64,000 nucleotides of DNA from Bacteriovoracia bacterium (GCA_050251055.1 JBFWNL010000007.1:64001-128000), one strand, 5' to 3'. Shown: positions 29,314 through 39,369, numbered from the stretch's first letter. The notes: generated from the sequence alone by a model not told the origin. Program-made: numbers and translations.

Positions 29314-29330
29314 TCGGCTTCCGATTTGCA
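29314..29330 (+). promoter_or_regulatory. sigma54-type -24/-12 promoter
   Basis: TCGGCTTCCGATTTGCA (GG-N10-GC), 38 nt before ATG 29369. Confidence 0.5.
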
Positions 29331-29368
29331 ATAGTCCAGGGTAGGGGTCAGTAAGGGTAGAGAGTGGT

Positions 29369-30517
29369 ATGAGTCAAAATTTAATTTCCGTCCGTGCGCT
29401 CAGCGCTTGGTCGTTTGCCGCCTTTTTGCTGGCGGGTTGCACGCAACCGATTCCCGCGTATATCGCGCCTCAGTTGCGGGGCCCGAGTTCTCCGGGAGAG
29501 CAGAGCTTTCACCGCGAAGGGCGCAGTGAATCCTATAACGTCGCGGCCGCGCAGGCGAAAATCGATATCTTGTTCATGGTGGACAACTCCGGCTCGATGG
29601 AAAACGAACAAAACATATTGGCCACGTCGTTCGGCCAATTCATCAATCAGTTCATTACGCGCAATTTGGATTTTCACGTGGGTGTGGTCACGACCGACGT
29701 GACTCCTTTAAGTGGCAATTCCAATTACTGGAGCGGGACGAACGCCAACAGCGCCTTTTACGGGTACCAAAGTCCGGGGCCGGGCCGACTGTTGTCCCGT
29801 ACCGCTGAACGCTATCTGCAAAATACATCGCAGAACCTGGTTTCCCAGTTCCAGGCCAACGTTAACGTCGGAACTCGGGGAAGCGGCAATGAGCAGGGGT
29901 TGGAGTCCATCTATGAAACCTTGGACCCGCTGCTATCGGTGCCGACCGCGCCCAACGCCGGTTTCGTGCGTAATGATGCTTTGTTATCGCTGGTGATTGT
30001 TTCGGATGAAGACGAGTGCCTGAACGCGGCGGCCCATTCGATGCCGCCGGTGGAAACGGCCCAACAACGGATCGACCGCACTTTGGCCCGGATTCAGGCG
30101 GCGAAGGGCAACGTGGCGAACATGCATCGGCTCGATTACATCATTAACCTGGATACCCCGCCCACGAACCAAACTTATCCGGCGGGGCTGCTTTACTATC
30201 CGCAGATTTATCTGATGGCGGCGGCTCAAACCATGGCCACGCCGATCAACATCGGAGCCAACTTCTCGGCGCCGCTCGTGGCGCTGGGAGATGAATTGGC
30301 CGTCCAGGCCGAGCGGCAGTTCCAGCTCTCGGCGATTCCGATCGTGGATACGATCGATGTCCTGATTGACGGTGCCATCGAGATCCCGCACAGCGCGGAC
30401 AACGGCTGGAGTTACCTGCCGGCGCCCGCGAACCGGGTTCAGCTCAACGGCAACGCCCTCTTGCAGGCGCGCGGGCACGTGTTGACGATCTCGTACGAGA
30501 CGCTGGTGGCGGACTAA
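29369..30517 (+). CDS. vWA-domain lipoprotein (CglB-like)
   Basis: Lipobox LAGC; IDILFMVDNSGSM (MIDAS), VGVVTTD, GSGNEQGL, IVSDEDEC. Confidence 0.8.
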   Translation: MSQNLISVRALSAWSFAAFLLAGCTQPIPAYIAPQLRGPSSPGEQSFHREGRSESYNVAAAQAKIDILFMVDNSGSMENEQNILATSFGQFINQFITRNLDFHVGVVTTDVTPLSGNSNYWSGTNANSAFYGYQSPGPGRLLSRTAERYLQNTSQNLVSQFQANVNVGTRGSGNEQGLESIYETLDPLLSVPTAPNAGFVRNDALLSLVIVSDEDECLNAAAHSMPPVETAQQRIDRTLARIQAAKGNVANMHRLDYIINLDTPPTNQTYPAGLLYYPQIYLMAAAQTMATPINIGANFSAPLVALGDELAVQAERQFQLSAIPIVDTIDVLIDGAIEIPHSADNGWSYLPAPANRVQLNGNALLQARGHVLTISYETLVAD

Positions 30518-30529
30518 TCCTTTTGAGAG

Positions 30530-31222
30530 CTAGGCGACGATCGCGCCTTTGAGGCTGTCGAAGATGAATTTGCCAATCTTCGATAGCTCTTCCGGTTCGA
30601 GCTGATTAAATCTCAAGCCCAAGCCGTTATTCCCCTTCCAGACGACGGTGCTCATGGTGTTGAGTCCGCCCAGATCGGGGATCTGGGTATGCAAGGTTTC
30701 GTTCACCGACCCGAGGTCCTCGGTGGTTTCCACGAAGGCCCCTCCCACGGATAGGTTCGAAATAGTCGCTTCCTTGCCGTTGCCGAGGCGGATCGGGATC
30801 CGCGTTTTAATCCGGCGAAACTTGCGCTTTTCGTTGCCATCGTACTTGGATTGCGTGTTGAGCACGTACTGAATGGCGAGCGTTAGGCTCTGCTCGTTCG
30901 TTGGCAGCTTGAGAATCACTAGCTGTTCGTATTTGATCATGTTGACCAAAACCTCATTCGTGGTCTGGCCAGCCAGGAAAACCACCGGCAAGTTGGCTTG
31001 CGAGTTTTTCAGCTGGTCGACCAGGCGGTCTCCGTTGAGATCTGGCAACTGGTATTCGGTGATCAGTATGTCGGGGCGATTTTTTTCAAATAAGGACAGC
31101 GCGGCTTGCCCATTGGAAGCCATGATGGCGTTGAAGCCATGCTTGATTAGAATTCGGCAGACGTCGACTTTAACGCCGGTGTCCGGGCTCACCACGAGCA
31201 CTTTCGTCTGTTTTGCTGTCAT
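30530..31222 (-). CDS. Receiver-like domain plus PilZ domain protein
   Basis: REC fold (PDILITEYQLPDLNG); PilZ motifs RKFRR and NLSVGG. Confidence 0.85.
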   Translation of the reverse strand: MTAKQTKVLVVSPDTGVKVDVCRILIKHGFNAIMASNGQAALSLFEKNRPDILITEYQLPDLNGDRLVDQLKNSQANLPVVFLAGQTTNEVLVNMIKYEQLVILKLPTNEQSLTLAIQYVLNTQSKYDGNEKRKFRRIKTRIPIRLGNGKEATISNLSVGGAFVETTEDLGSVNETLHTQIPDLGGLNTMSTVVWKGNNGLGLRFNQLEPEELSKIGKFIFDSLKGAIVA

Positions 31223-31351
31223 CTTCCCCTCGTACTAGTATATCCCAACGGTCGGGTTCCTGAATGTGTCGGACTTAAATGAGTCAGATAAGACCCGAGG
31301 GCGCACTTCTAAAGATTAATCGAGCTTAAGCGATGCATCAATAGGCGGATT

Positions 31352-31894
31352 TTAACCGGCTTTTCCGCCTTCCGGTGAGGCTTTGCTGCGCGGCAGGGGT
31401 GGATGCGTCAGTCGCCACCAGAACCAAGATTGGTAGGCGATTAATAGCGCGATAGCGCTCAGGTATCCGAGACACAGGGGGCGGAGCATCTTTACGCTGA
31501 AGGGAAGGACGATTTTCAGGAGAAAGTTCACGCCGTCAATAAACGGCCAGAGTATGCCTAGGAAAGTCAGCAGCAGTGGGTAGTAGAGGTAGCGGAGGGA
31601 GTGCAGCCAGAGTTCCGCCCGCGAACAGCCGTGGTGGTGGTTCAGCTCGTCGCGGGTAACGGCTAGGGCCGTGGCCAACGCCAGAAGGACGTAGATCAGG
31701 CGCCGGCTCGCGGAATACTCCACGAAATAAACAAAAATCACGCATATCCCGAGCGCGAGGGAGTCGAAAACGTGCTGACGGGCTTCCAGCGCGGTAAGGG
31801 TGCCCACGCGCGCCCGCGGGCGATGGAACTTGATCTCGTCAACCCAGGCGAGCGCGAGGGATCCGCCGAATACAATGACGCCGAGAAAGAACAT
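31352..31894 (-). CDS. Hypothetical integral membrane protein
   Basis: About 5 hydrophobic segments with DE..FH, RDE..HH and ELWLH motifs. Confidence 0.6.
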   Translation of the reverse strand: MFFLGVIVFGGSLALAWVDEIKFHRPRARVGTLTALEARQHVFDSLALGICVIFVYFVEYSASRRLIYVLLALATALAVTRDELNHHHGCSRAELWLHSLRYLYYPLLLTFLGILWPFIDGVNFLLKIVLPFSVKMLRPLCLGYLSAIALLIAYQSWFWWRLTHPPLPRSKASPEGGKAG

Positions 31895-31947
31895 GGACCT
31901 ATTCTATGCGGGCGCGTCGGGTTGTCCATGCCCGGGTGGGGGGTGGT

Positions 31948-34900
31948 TTATTTTTCGTCGCCCGGCTCGCTTCCGGTTTCGGATGAAGACTCGATGCCTC
32001 GCTCCGTGACGCGCGTGACGACCTCGGCCGCGACTTTCTCACCGCCGGGCACGGCGTATTCAGCGGAGATTTTCGTCTCCCCTGACTTGAGGGCTACGGC
32101 GTGACCTTCATTTTCCTTGGCGTTGCTAATGCTCAAGATCTCGCGGTTATCGCTCTTCCAGATCGCAAGCGCCGTGACGTCGACACGCGATCCGTCGCCG
32201 CCACGCGCGTAGGCCTTGAACTTGCGTTTTTCGCCGACGGCAAGCGCACCGCGGTCGGGTTGAATTTCCAGTCGGGTGGGATCGACTTCCTTTACCGTCA
32301 ACGCCATGGAGACGGATGGGAGGTCTACATCCGGCAATTCGGCCACGATCTTGGCCACGCCCGCGCCTAGGCCCTGGCAAATTCCCGTCGCGGCGCCCAC
32401 GCTCGCGATCCCCCTGTCTTCAGTCGAGAAGATGACTTTCGCGGTGACGTCGTCGATGCTTCCATCTGAAAGGGTAGCTAGAACCTGGGCGGAGTAGCGA
32501 TCTCCTTTGGCGATGGTCGCTGCGTTTTCTGCGAACGCGAGCTGTCGCGGCACGGCGGGCGTTACTTGAACCAGGCGGCTGCCCCAAGTGGATTCCCGGT
32601 CGGCAAGCTGTAGGACCGCCGCGCCCACGCTCACTCCAGTGATCATACCTGGCTGCATGGCGCTCGCGGACAGCACCCCGGGGCGATCGGACGTCCATAC
32701 CAACTGCGAGGTGACGTCACGCACGGATCCGTCGCCGTAGTAACCGCGCGCGGTGAGGCGTAGCGAGTTCCCCTTCGCCACCGATAGCGATCCGAGGGGT
32801 AGGATTTCCACCCGTAGCAGGCGCGCCGAGGTGACTTGAAGTTTTGCGTGCCCCGTGACGTCGCCGCCGGAATATGCGCTGACAAAGGACATTCCGTCGA
32901 GCACCGAGCGGATCGCGCCTTCGCGGTGACTCGACATGCGGGCGGTGATTTTGGCGGTTTTTCCGGCCTGGATCCCGATGAACGTGCCCGGACGGGCTTC
33001 GTCCGCTTTCGCCACGGATTCGTCGTCCGCTGTCCACTGCACTGCGGAGGTCAGGTCGCGGCGCGAGCCGTTCGTATAGATGCCGAGCGCGGTAAAGGCT
33101 TGCAATTCGCCGGCCGCCACGCTCGCTTCGGGGGGAGCGATTTCGATCCAGGCGAGTGCGACGTCCTGTACGGTGACGCTCGCACGGCCGGTGATTCCAT
33201 CCAGGGTGGCCGAGAGTTCCGTACGTCCCGGTTTTTCCCCGGCGCGGAATGCACCCGATCCCAAGGGCTTCGCCACTTGCGCATCAGCCGATGCCCACGC
33301 GGCCTCGTGGGTGAGATTGCGGCGCGAGCCGTCCTGATAGACACCGGTGGCATTAAAGGTTTCGGTTTCGTCGATTTCTAGAACGGCATCCAGGGGGGAG
33401 AGTTCGATCGCCACGAGCGTCTTTCCCGCGGCGGTTACCTTTAAAAGCGCGTACCCCGTGACCACGGCTTTTTCGTTCGCTCCCGCGGCCCCCGTGGAGA
33501 AGGAAACGCGTGCTTCTCCTTCCTTAACGCCTTTGAATGCGCCCCCGCCTTCGCTGGCCGCTACTTCCGGTTTCTCCGATCGCCAGATGCCTTCGCGTAG
33601 GGGTTCGGCCCGCCCATCGCTGAACTTTCCGATCGCCTGGTAATGAATGAGCTTTCCTGCTTCTACTTGACCGGAGTTCCCGAGCGGAGGTACGAGTTCG
33701 ATCGAGACGAGTTTGAGTTCATTGGGTTCGCGGTTTTGCACCTCAAGCGTGGCTTGCGCAACGAGGCCGCTGCCCGGTTCTTTGGCCATGACGCCGAGAC
33801 GGCCGGCCTTTAGTCCGCGGGCGATGCCCGAGGCCTCGATCGTCGCCAGCTCCCGATCGCTTACACCCCATTCGACTTTGGTGGAAATGTCCTGGGTGCT
33901 TTGATCGTCGAAGGTCCCTTTGGCGGTAAAGACGATAGCTTGGCCTACCCGAACCGCACCGCGTTCCGGATTGATCTGGATCGAGGTCAGCTGCGGGGTC
34001 GTCGCGAGAACCACCAGGGCCGCCTGGGCCGAACGGCGTTGCCCGGGCTCGGTGGCGGTGATCGTGACCCGGCCGGGTTTCAGGGTTTTAAATAGTCCGT
34101 TTTCCTCGAGCGCCGCTACGGAAGGGTCGGAGCTTTGCCATTGGGCTTCGGCGGTGAGCTCACGCGAGCTCCCATCTGAATACGCCCCGATGAAGTGGAA
34201 CCGTTGAGAAGTGCCCGCCCGCACCGATGCGGTGAAGGGGTCCAAGAAAACGTTCACGAGACTCGGGGCACGGCGTAGAACCGTGACGTCCAGCCGCCCG
34301 GTTTTGGGAGACGTGCCGTTTCCCATTTCGACGGCTTCGATACGCGTGACGCCTTCGCCGAGGGCCACCAACTGCCCTTCGGATCCCGGCGCGTTACTCA
34401 CTTGGGCGACGGCACCGACCGTTGAGTTCCACACCACCCGGTCGGTGAATGGCACGCTCGTGCCGTCGGAAAAATGTCCCGTGGCCGAGAGGGGCCGGAC
34501 ATCTTCCACGTACACGGGGCCGACAAGGGGAGCAATCGTGATACCGGTGAGTACGGCGGGAGTGACCGTCACTACCGCCCGGGCGGACTCCACCACTTCC
34601 GCGGGGCGCTCGAGGCTTCCGGGCGCGCTGAGCGCGATCAGGTTTCGCACCGCCGACGCCATGATTTCCGCGTTGCCGGGGCGTATTCCGGTGACGACTC
34701 CCGGAGACCCGGGAGCGTTGCTAACGAGGGCGACGTCGGTCTGTCGACTGCGCCAGGCGACGCCGCTGGTGATATCTGAGGTCGTGCCGTTGGAAAACCG
34801 TCCCAAGGCGCGAAGCGGAACTCGTTGGCCGGCCGGGACGCTTGCGGCCGCTGGATTGACATCAATCGATAGCAGCTGTTCGGGACGAATCACGACGTTA

Positions 34901-35826
34901 ACATAGACGGGGGGAGCGCCGGCGTAACTGACGAGCACTTCCGTGGAGCCGGCGCCTTGCGCTCGGGCGACGTTCAGCCGGACCGGGTCGAAGCGAAGCA
35001 CCGCGGAGTTCTGGCTCTGCCAGGTCACTTGGGAGGTGAGGTTCACGTATTGACCACTGGAGTTGGTGAAGATCGCCTCGGCTTGGAACGGGATCTCCGC
35101 CAGAGTCCAAGGTTGGGCGACGCTACTCGGCGTGATTCGCAGGGGTGAAAGCAGCTCGGCGGCGGCGACGCGTACGCCATTGAGGTCGGCCGTGAGCCCG
35201 CCGAGGGTGGCGCGGACGTTAATCAAGCCAAGGCTTGAGTTTGACGCCGTTAGACGGCCCGGATTCCCCGCGGAAAAATTTGCGATCGAGGGCTGGGATG
35301 AAATCCAGCTCGCCTGGGAGGTGACATCTCGGGTAGTGTTGTCCGTATAAGTCATCGTGGCTTGGAGATTTCGGAACGAACCTTGGGGAATACCGCCGAC
35401 TAGCGGCGATACTCGCAGTCGGAGGGGGGCCGCTTCCGAAACGCGGACGGAAATTTCTACGAAAACTTTTTTCTGATTGGCGGGATTCTGCAAGGCCGCG
35501 CGAATTCGGGCCGCTCCCCGGCCTTGGGCGCGGAAGGTACCGGCGGAGGTGACCGTCAACACGGGGTCACCGCTGATTTCCCACTCCAGTTCTTGGGCCT
35601 GTAGCATCTGCGCCGGTTGCCCGGCGCTGATTTTGTAGATGCGAATCTGATTAGTGGTGCCGAGCGGCCAGCTGGCGTTGATGGAGGAAAGATCCGTCTC
35701 AAGCGAGAACTCCGCTTTTGCGAGCTCATCCTGACGGTACAGCCCCGTGCAGCCGGTGGTGGATATAGATAGAGCGACGATTAACCCAAAGAGTAAACGA
35801 ACCAAGCGAGAACCCCCTGCTTTCAC
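31948..35826 (-). CDS. Lipoprotein with about 13 Big_2 (intimin/Lig-type Ig-like) repeats
   Basis: Lipobox TTGC; 13 units of ~90 aa with a G.(F/Y).DG..(D)VT...W.S.D..VA pattern. Confidence 0.9.
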   Translation of the reverse strand: MKAGGSRLVRLLFGLIVALSISTTGCTGLYRQDELAKAEFSLETDLSSINASWPLGTTNQIRIYKISAGQPAQMLQAQELEWEISGDPVLTVTSAGTFRAQGRGAARIRAALQNPANQKKVFVEISVRVSEAAPLRLRVSPLVGGIPQGSFRNLQATMTYTDNTTRDVTSQASWISSQPSIANFSAGNPGRLTASNSSLGLINVRATLGGLTADLNGVRVAAAELLSPLRITPSSVAQPWTLAEIPFQAEAIFTNSSGQYVNLTSQVTWQSQNSAVLRFDPVRLNVARAQGAGSTEVLVSYAGAPPVYVNVVIRPEQLLSIDVNPAAASVPAGQRVPLRALGRFSNGTTSDITSGVAWRSRQTDVALVSNAPGSPGVVTGIRPGNAEIMASAVRNLIALSAPGSLERPAEVVESARAVVTVTPAVLTGITIAPLVGPVYVEDVRPLSATGHFSDGTSVPFTDRVVWNSTVGAVAQVSNAPGSEGQLVALGEGVTRIEAVEMGNGTSPKTGRLDVTVLRRAPSLVNVFLDPFTASVRAGTSQRFHFIGAYSDGSSRELTAEAQWQSSDPSVAALEENGLFKTLKPGRVTITATEPGQRRSAQAALVVLATTPQLTSIQINPERGAVRVGQAIVFTAKGTFDDQSTQDISTKVEWGVSDRELATIEASGIARGLKAGRLGVMAKEPGSGLVAQATLEVQNREPNELKLVSIELVPPLGNSGQVEAGKLIHYQAIGKFSDGRAEPLREGIWRSEKPEVAASEGGGAFKGVKEGEARVSFSTGAAGANEKAVVTGYALLKVTAAGKTLVAIELSPLDAVLEIDETETFNATGVYQDGSRRNLTHEAAWASADAQVAKPLGSGAFRAGEKPGRTELSATLDGITGRASVTVQDVALAWIEIAPPEASVAAGELQAFTALGIYTNGSRRDLTSAVQWTADDESVAKADEARPGTFIGIQAGKTAKITARMSSHREGAIRSVLDGMSFVSAYSGGDVTGHAKLQVTSARLLRVEILPLGSLSVAKGNSLRLTARGYYGDGSVRDVTSQLVWTSDRPGVLSASAMQPGMITGVSVGAAVLQLADRESTWGSRLVQVTPAVPRQLAFAENAATIAKGDRYSAQVLATLSDGSIDDVTAKVIFSTEDRGIASVGAATGICQGLGAGVAKIVAELPDVDLPSVSMALTVKEVDPTRLEIQPDRGALAVGEKRKFKAYARGGDGSRVDVTALAIWKSDNREILSISNAKENEGHAVALKSGETKISAEYAVPGGEKVAAEVVTRVTERGIESSSETGSEPGDEK

Positions 35827-35873
35827 ACACGTTCCTCAGCGTAAGCCCAGATACCTCTTTATTTTCATATATA

Positions 35874-35888
35874 TGACTATATTAGTCA
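35874..35888. promoter_or_regulatory. Palindromic operator candidate TGACTA-TAT-TAGTCA
   Basis: Perfect 6-bp arms; related copies at 9596, 9621, 15149 and 16150. Confidence 0.45.
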
Positions 35889-35983
35889 ACAATTATGATG
35901 CCACAAAAACCTTTAAATATCATCGAATTAAATTTATTCGACTGATAAAAATTAATAATAAATTAAGAATCCCGGCCCACTCT

Positions 35984-37285
35984 TTATTTCAAGAGACTGC
36001 GAACGGCGTTGAGGTCTCCATCGTTCTTTGCGGGGGTCAGGCCCAGGATTTCGCTCACCAAGGCGTAGATGTGGAGGTTGCTAAAGGCGCCCGACGTATA
36101 CTTTGACTTGAAGGCCGGACCGCGGGCAACGAAGAACCCGCGCATTACGGCGAGCTCGTTATCGTATCCGTGCGTCGCCGCCGAAGGCTTGCGCGGGCTT
36201 TGCGAGATGTAGAATTTTTCGTCCGGCACGCAGATGATCGGTGCCGTACGGACGCTCTTGCCGTAGCGATAACGGGCAGGCAGGTTTCCGTTCTTGTAGA
36301 CCGCCATATGCGGATGGGCGTCTTTCAAGGCGGAGAAAACGGCATCGAGCTTACCGGCCTTGGGGAAAATCTGGGCAAAGGCGCCCGCGCTGATGATCTC
36401 GACATCGCTCAAGTTGATGTACTTATCGAGGGCGATCACCTTGTCGGCGTCGATGGCACTCATGCCATGGTCGGACACGAATACTAGATTCACCTTGTCT
36501 TCAAGCTTTCGGTTTTCCAGCCCCTTCGCGAGCAGACCGATGGCGTCGTCAACCTCTTGGATGGCTTTCTTCACTTCGGTCGAATCCGGACCGTAACCGT
36601 GACCGGCGCTGTCGACGTCTTCGAAGTAAAGCGTGATCATCGTTGGACGCGTGGCGAGCGGCAGATCCAGCCAGTCCAATACCTGCTGCACGCGCTGGTC
36701 GCGCGGGAACTTCGCATCGTACTTCTTATAGTAGGTTGGGCGTACGCCTTTAATTTCCGCGGTGCTGCCTGGCCAAAACATCGCGGCGGCGGTCTGCCCT
36801 TGCTTCTCGGCGGTTACCCAGATCGGTTCTCCCCACCACCAGCGAGGATCATCCGTGATTTCGGAGGAGGCGCCCAAGCTGAACGTAACTCCGGGGAGGT
36901 TAGGGTCGCGGATATCGTTGGCGGTGATACCGTGGTTGTCCGGGAGCAGTCCCGTGACGATCGAGTAATGATTGGGGAATGTTAGCGTCGGAAAAACCGG
37001 TAGGAGGGCTTCCGCGCGTACACCTTGATCCGCGATGCGCTTGAGATTCGTCGGTGCATACTTGGATAGGTAGTCGTGGCGAAAACCATCCACGGAAACC
37101 AGGATGACGGTGGGTTTAAAATCGCCAACCGGTGCGATGGACTGTTCGGGGGTAGGGCTGGCAGTCGAGGCCGGAAGCTTGGCGCTGGTTTTGGGCAAAG
37201 CCGGCGCGTTGAGGGAGGCTGCCCCGCAGCTCACTACCGCCAGAGTTAAGAGCGTTACCCAAGTCCGTCCCCAAATTTTAGTCAT
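35984..37285 (-). CDS. Nucleotide pyrophosphatase/phosphodiesterase (alkaline phosphatase superfamily) lipoprotein
   Basis: Lipobox VVSC; SVDGFR, FPTLTFPNH, DSAGH, SDHGM, HGYDN. Confidence 0.92.
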   Translation of the reverse strand: MTKIWGRTWVTLLTLAVVSCGAASLNAPALPKTSAKLPASTASPTPEQSIAPVGDFKPTVILVSVDGFRHDYLSKYAPTNLKRIADQGVRAEALLPVFPTLTFPNHYSIVTGLLPDNHGITANDIRDPNLPGVTFSLGASSEITDDPRWWWGEPIWVTAEKQGQTAAAMFWPGSTAEIKGVRPTYYKKYDAKFPRDQRVQQVLDWLDLPLATRPTMITLYFEDVDSAGHGYGPDSTEVKKAIQEVDDAIGLLAKGLENRKLEDKVNLVFVSDHGMSAIDADKVIALDKYINLSDVEIISAGAFAQIFPKAGKLDAVFSALKDAHPHMAVYKNGNLPARYRYGKSVRTAPIICVPDEKFYISQSPRKPSAATHGYDNELAVMRGFFVARGPAFKSKYTSGAFSNLHIYALVSEILGLTPAKNDGDLNAVRSLLK

Positions 37286-37387
37286 GAAATGATCCCCCGA
37301 GATTTTCATCTCGTTCGGATAACATCAAAGCAGATGAGCGGGTAGGGGAGCCCCGAAATTCTAACTAATGCGATGCACCACAGATGA

Positions 37388-37816
37388 CTAGCCGCGCGGA
37401 AAGCGCGTGCTTTCAGGGAATTCCTGTAGGATTTCCTGCTGGGCTTTTTCAACGTCCGCGGCGCGTTGAGGAGCTTGTTGGCTCATCTCTTCCTCTAAAG
37501 TTTTGGTGCGACGCGTTGGAAGATTCAGAAAAATTACTTTCTTCACTTCTTCTGGGACTCCGCGCAGTGCCAGCGCAAGCTTAGTATCCGGAATACGACC
37601 GAGTACTTTCTGGAGTTCTCGCACGTGGATTTTAGCCAAGTCGTCGAAGGTGAAGAGCTTGGCTTGAATCTCTTGGGCAAGCTTTGGGTCTCGGACCACG
37701 ATCTCCGCCATGATGCGGTCCCTTGATTCCTTATCGAGATGCTGGAAGATCTCGACGACCGCCATCACTCCTCCAATGGCTTTCCCCTGCGGTTTCTCCT
37801 GCTCAGATTTTTTCAT
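37388..37816 (-). CDS. Stand-alone FliG C-terminal domain protein
   Basis: GGVMAVVEI, LFTFDDL, LALALRG, RRTKTLEEEM, DVEKAQQEI; only 142 aa. Confidence 0.8.
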   Translation of the reverse strand: MKKSEQEKPQGKAIGGVMAVVEIFQHLDKESRDRIMAEIVVRDPKLAQEIQAKLFTFDDLAKIHVRELQKVLGRIPDTKLALALRGVPEEVKKVIFLNLPTRRTKTLEEEMSQQAPQRAADVEKAQQEILQEFPESTRFPRG

Positions 37817-37992
37817 ATGAGTGTGTCGGCGCCCGAACTGTAGTCCTGGCATCGCACCTTAATAGTACTTGCGGCCGCGTGGAGTTGGGAGAACAATCAG
37901 ACCAGTTTTTTAATGCTGATGGAACGGCCGCCAAAAGGCGCTGCGCGTTACTTTGTTCTTGTCAGCAAATAGCCGCAGTGGGAGAGGGAGCG

Positions 37993-39369
37993 ATGGCCCA
38001 GTCCGTACTAGACGAAATCCGCAAACAGGATCAAGGGAAGGTGAAGGTTGCCGTCACCGACGTGGACGGTATCCTTCGCGGTAAGTACCTACGCAAAGAC
38101 AAGTTTCTTTCGGCCGCGACTCCGGGGGAAGGCGCCGGCTTTGGTTTTTGCAATGTCGTTTTCGGCTGGGACTCTTCCGACGTCTGCTACGACAACGCCC
38201 AGTACACGGGTTGGCACACGGGGTATCCCGATGCCCACGTGAAGCTCGATTTGAACACCTACCGTCGGGTGCCCTGGGACGGCAATGTCGCTTTTTTTCT
38301 CGGCGACTTCGTTGACGGCCAGGGCGCGCCGCTGGGCGTGTGCCCTCGGGCGCTCTTAAAACAAGTGATTGCGCGTGCGGCTAAAGCGGGCTTTCGGGCG
38401 AGCTGTGGGATGGAGTTCGAGTGGTTCAACTTCCGCGAGACCCCGCAATCGCTCGCGGAAAAGAAGTATCACTCGCCCGAGCCGCTCTCTCCCGGCATGT
38501 TTGGTTATTCGGTCCTGCGCATGAGCCAAAATCAGCCGTTCTTCGCGGCGCTCATGGACGAGATGGCCGCCTTCAACGTGCCGATCGAGGGGTTGCACAC
38601 CGAAACGGGGCCCGGTGTATTCGAAGCGGCGATTTTGTATTCCGACGCACTCGAGGCGGCGGACCGCGCGGTACTCTTCAAGAGCGCGGCAAAGGAAATC
38701 GGCCATCGCTTCGGCATCTTGCCCAGCTTCATGGCGAAGTGGAATTCCACGCTCCCGGGGTGCAGCGGCCATACCCACCAAAGTCTCGGGCCGGTGGGCG
38801 GCGGCAGCGACGGAAAGAATCTTTTTTTTGATGAAGCCGATCCAAACAAGATGAGCAAGCTCTTCAGACAATACTTGGCCGGCCAGCTGGCCTGTTTGCC
38901 GGAAATCCTGCCGTTTTTCGCGCCGAACGTGAATAGTTACAAACGCCTGGTCGACGGCTATTGGGCGCCGACCAAGCCGACCTGGGGCGTGGACAACCGC
39001 ACGGTGGCGTTTCGCGTGATTCCGGGCAGCGCAAAGTCGACGCGGTTAGAGACGCGCGTGCCGGGCTCCGACGTGAATCCCTATTTGGCGGTTGCCGCCT
39101 GTATCGCGAGTGGTTTGTACGGCATCGAAAAGGGGTTGGAGCTGAAAGAAAAACCCGTCCTCGGCAGCGCTTACAAAGAAAGCTCGGCCGTGCGCTTGCC
39201 GCGGGATTTGCATGAAGCTACGCGCCGGCTCGCCGATTCGAAAATCGCGCGGGAACTCTTTGGCGAAGCCTTTGTCGACCATTTCGTCCGCACCCGTCAG
39301 TGGGAGTGGCGTCAGTTCCAGGACTCCGTCACGAGCTGGGAAATGCAAAGGTACTTCGAGATCATTTGA
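37993..39369 (+). CDS. Glutamine synthetase-like gamma-glutamyl-amine ligase
   Basis: DVDGILRGK, HTETGPG, SGHTHQS, NSYKRL, DGYWAP, NRT, ETRVPG; SD GGGAG before ATG 37993. Confidence 0.9.
   Translation: MAQSVLDEIRKQDQGKVKVAVTDVDGILRGKYLRKDKFLSAATPGEGAGFGFCNVVFGWDSSDVCYDNAQYTGWHTGYPDAHVKLDLNTYRRVPWDGNVAFFLGDFVDGQGAPLGVCPRALLKQVIARAAKAGFRASCGMEFEWFNFRETPQSLAEKKYHSPEPLSPGMFGYSVLRMSQNQPFFAALMDEMAAFNVPIEGLHTETGPGVFEAAILYSDALEAADRAVLFKSAAKEIGHRFGILPSFMAKWNSTLPGCSGHTHQSLGPVGGGSDGKNLFFDEADPNKMSKLFRQYLAGQLACLPEILPFFAPNVNSYKRLVDGYWAPTKPTWGVDNRTVAFRVIPGSAKSTRLETRVPGSDVNPYLAVAACIASGLYGIEKGLELKEKPVLGSAYKESSAVRLPRDLHEATRRLADSKIARELFGEAFVDHFVRTRQWEWRQFQDSVTSWEMQRYFEII

Noticed and set aside
29305-29327. TAAA...TCCGATTT as a sigma28 promoter
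   Set aside because: Spacer is only 11 nt; the sigma54 reading fits better.
31271-31286. GGACTTAAATGAGTCA as another copy of the palindrome
   Set aside because: Arms are spaced one nt wider than in the other copies.
37723-37992. 90-aa N-terminal extension of the GS-like ORF, and a housekeeping glnA call
   Set aside because: The extension overlaps the FliG-C gene and an SD precedes ATG 37993; the Trp flap and operon context indicate a gamma-glutamyl-amine ligase.
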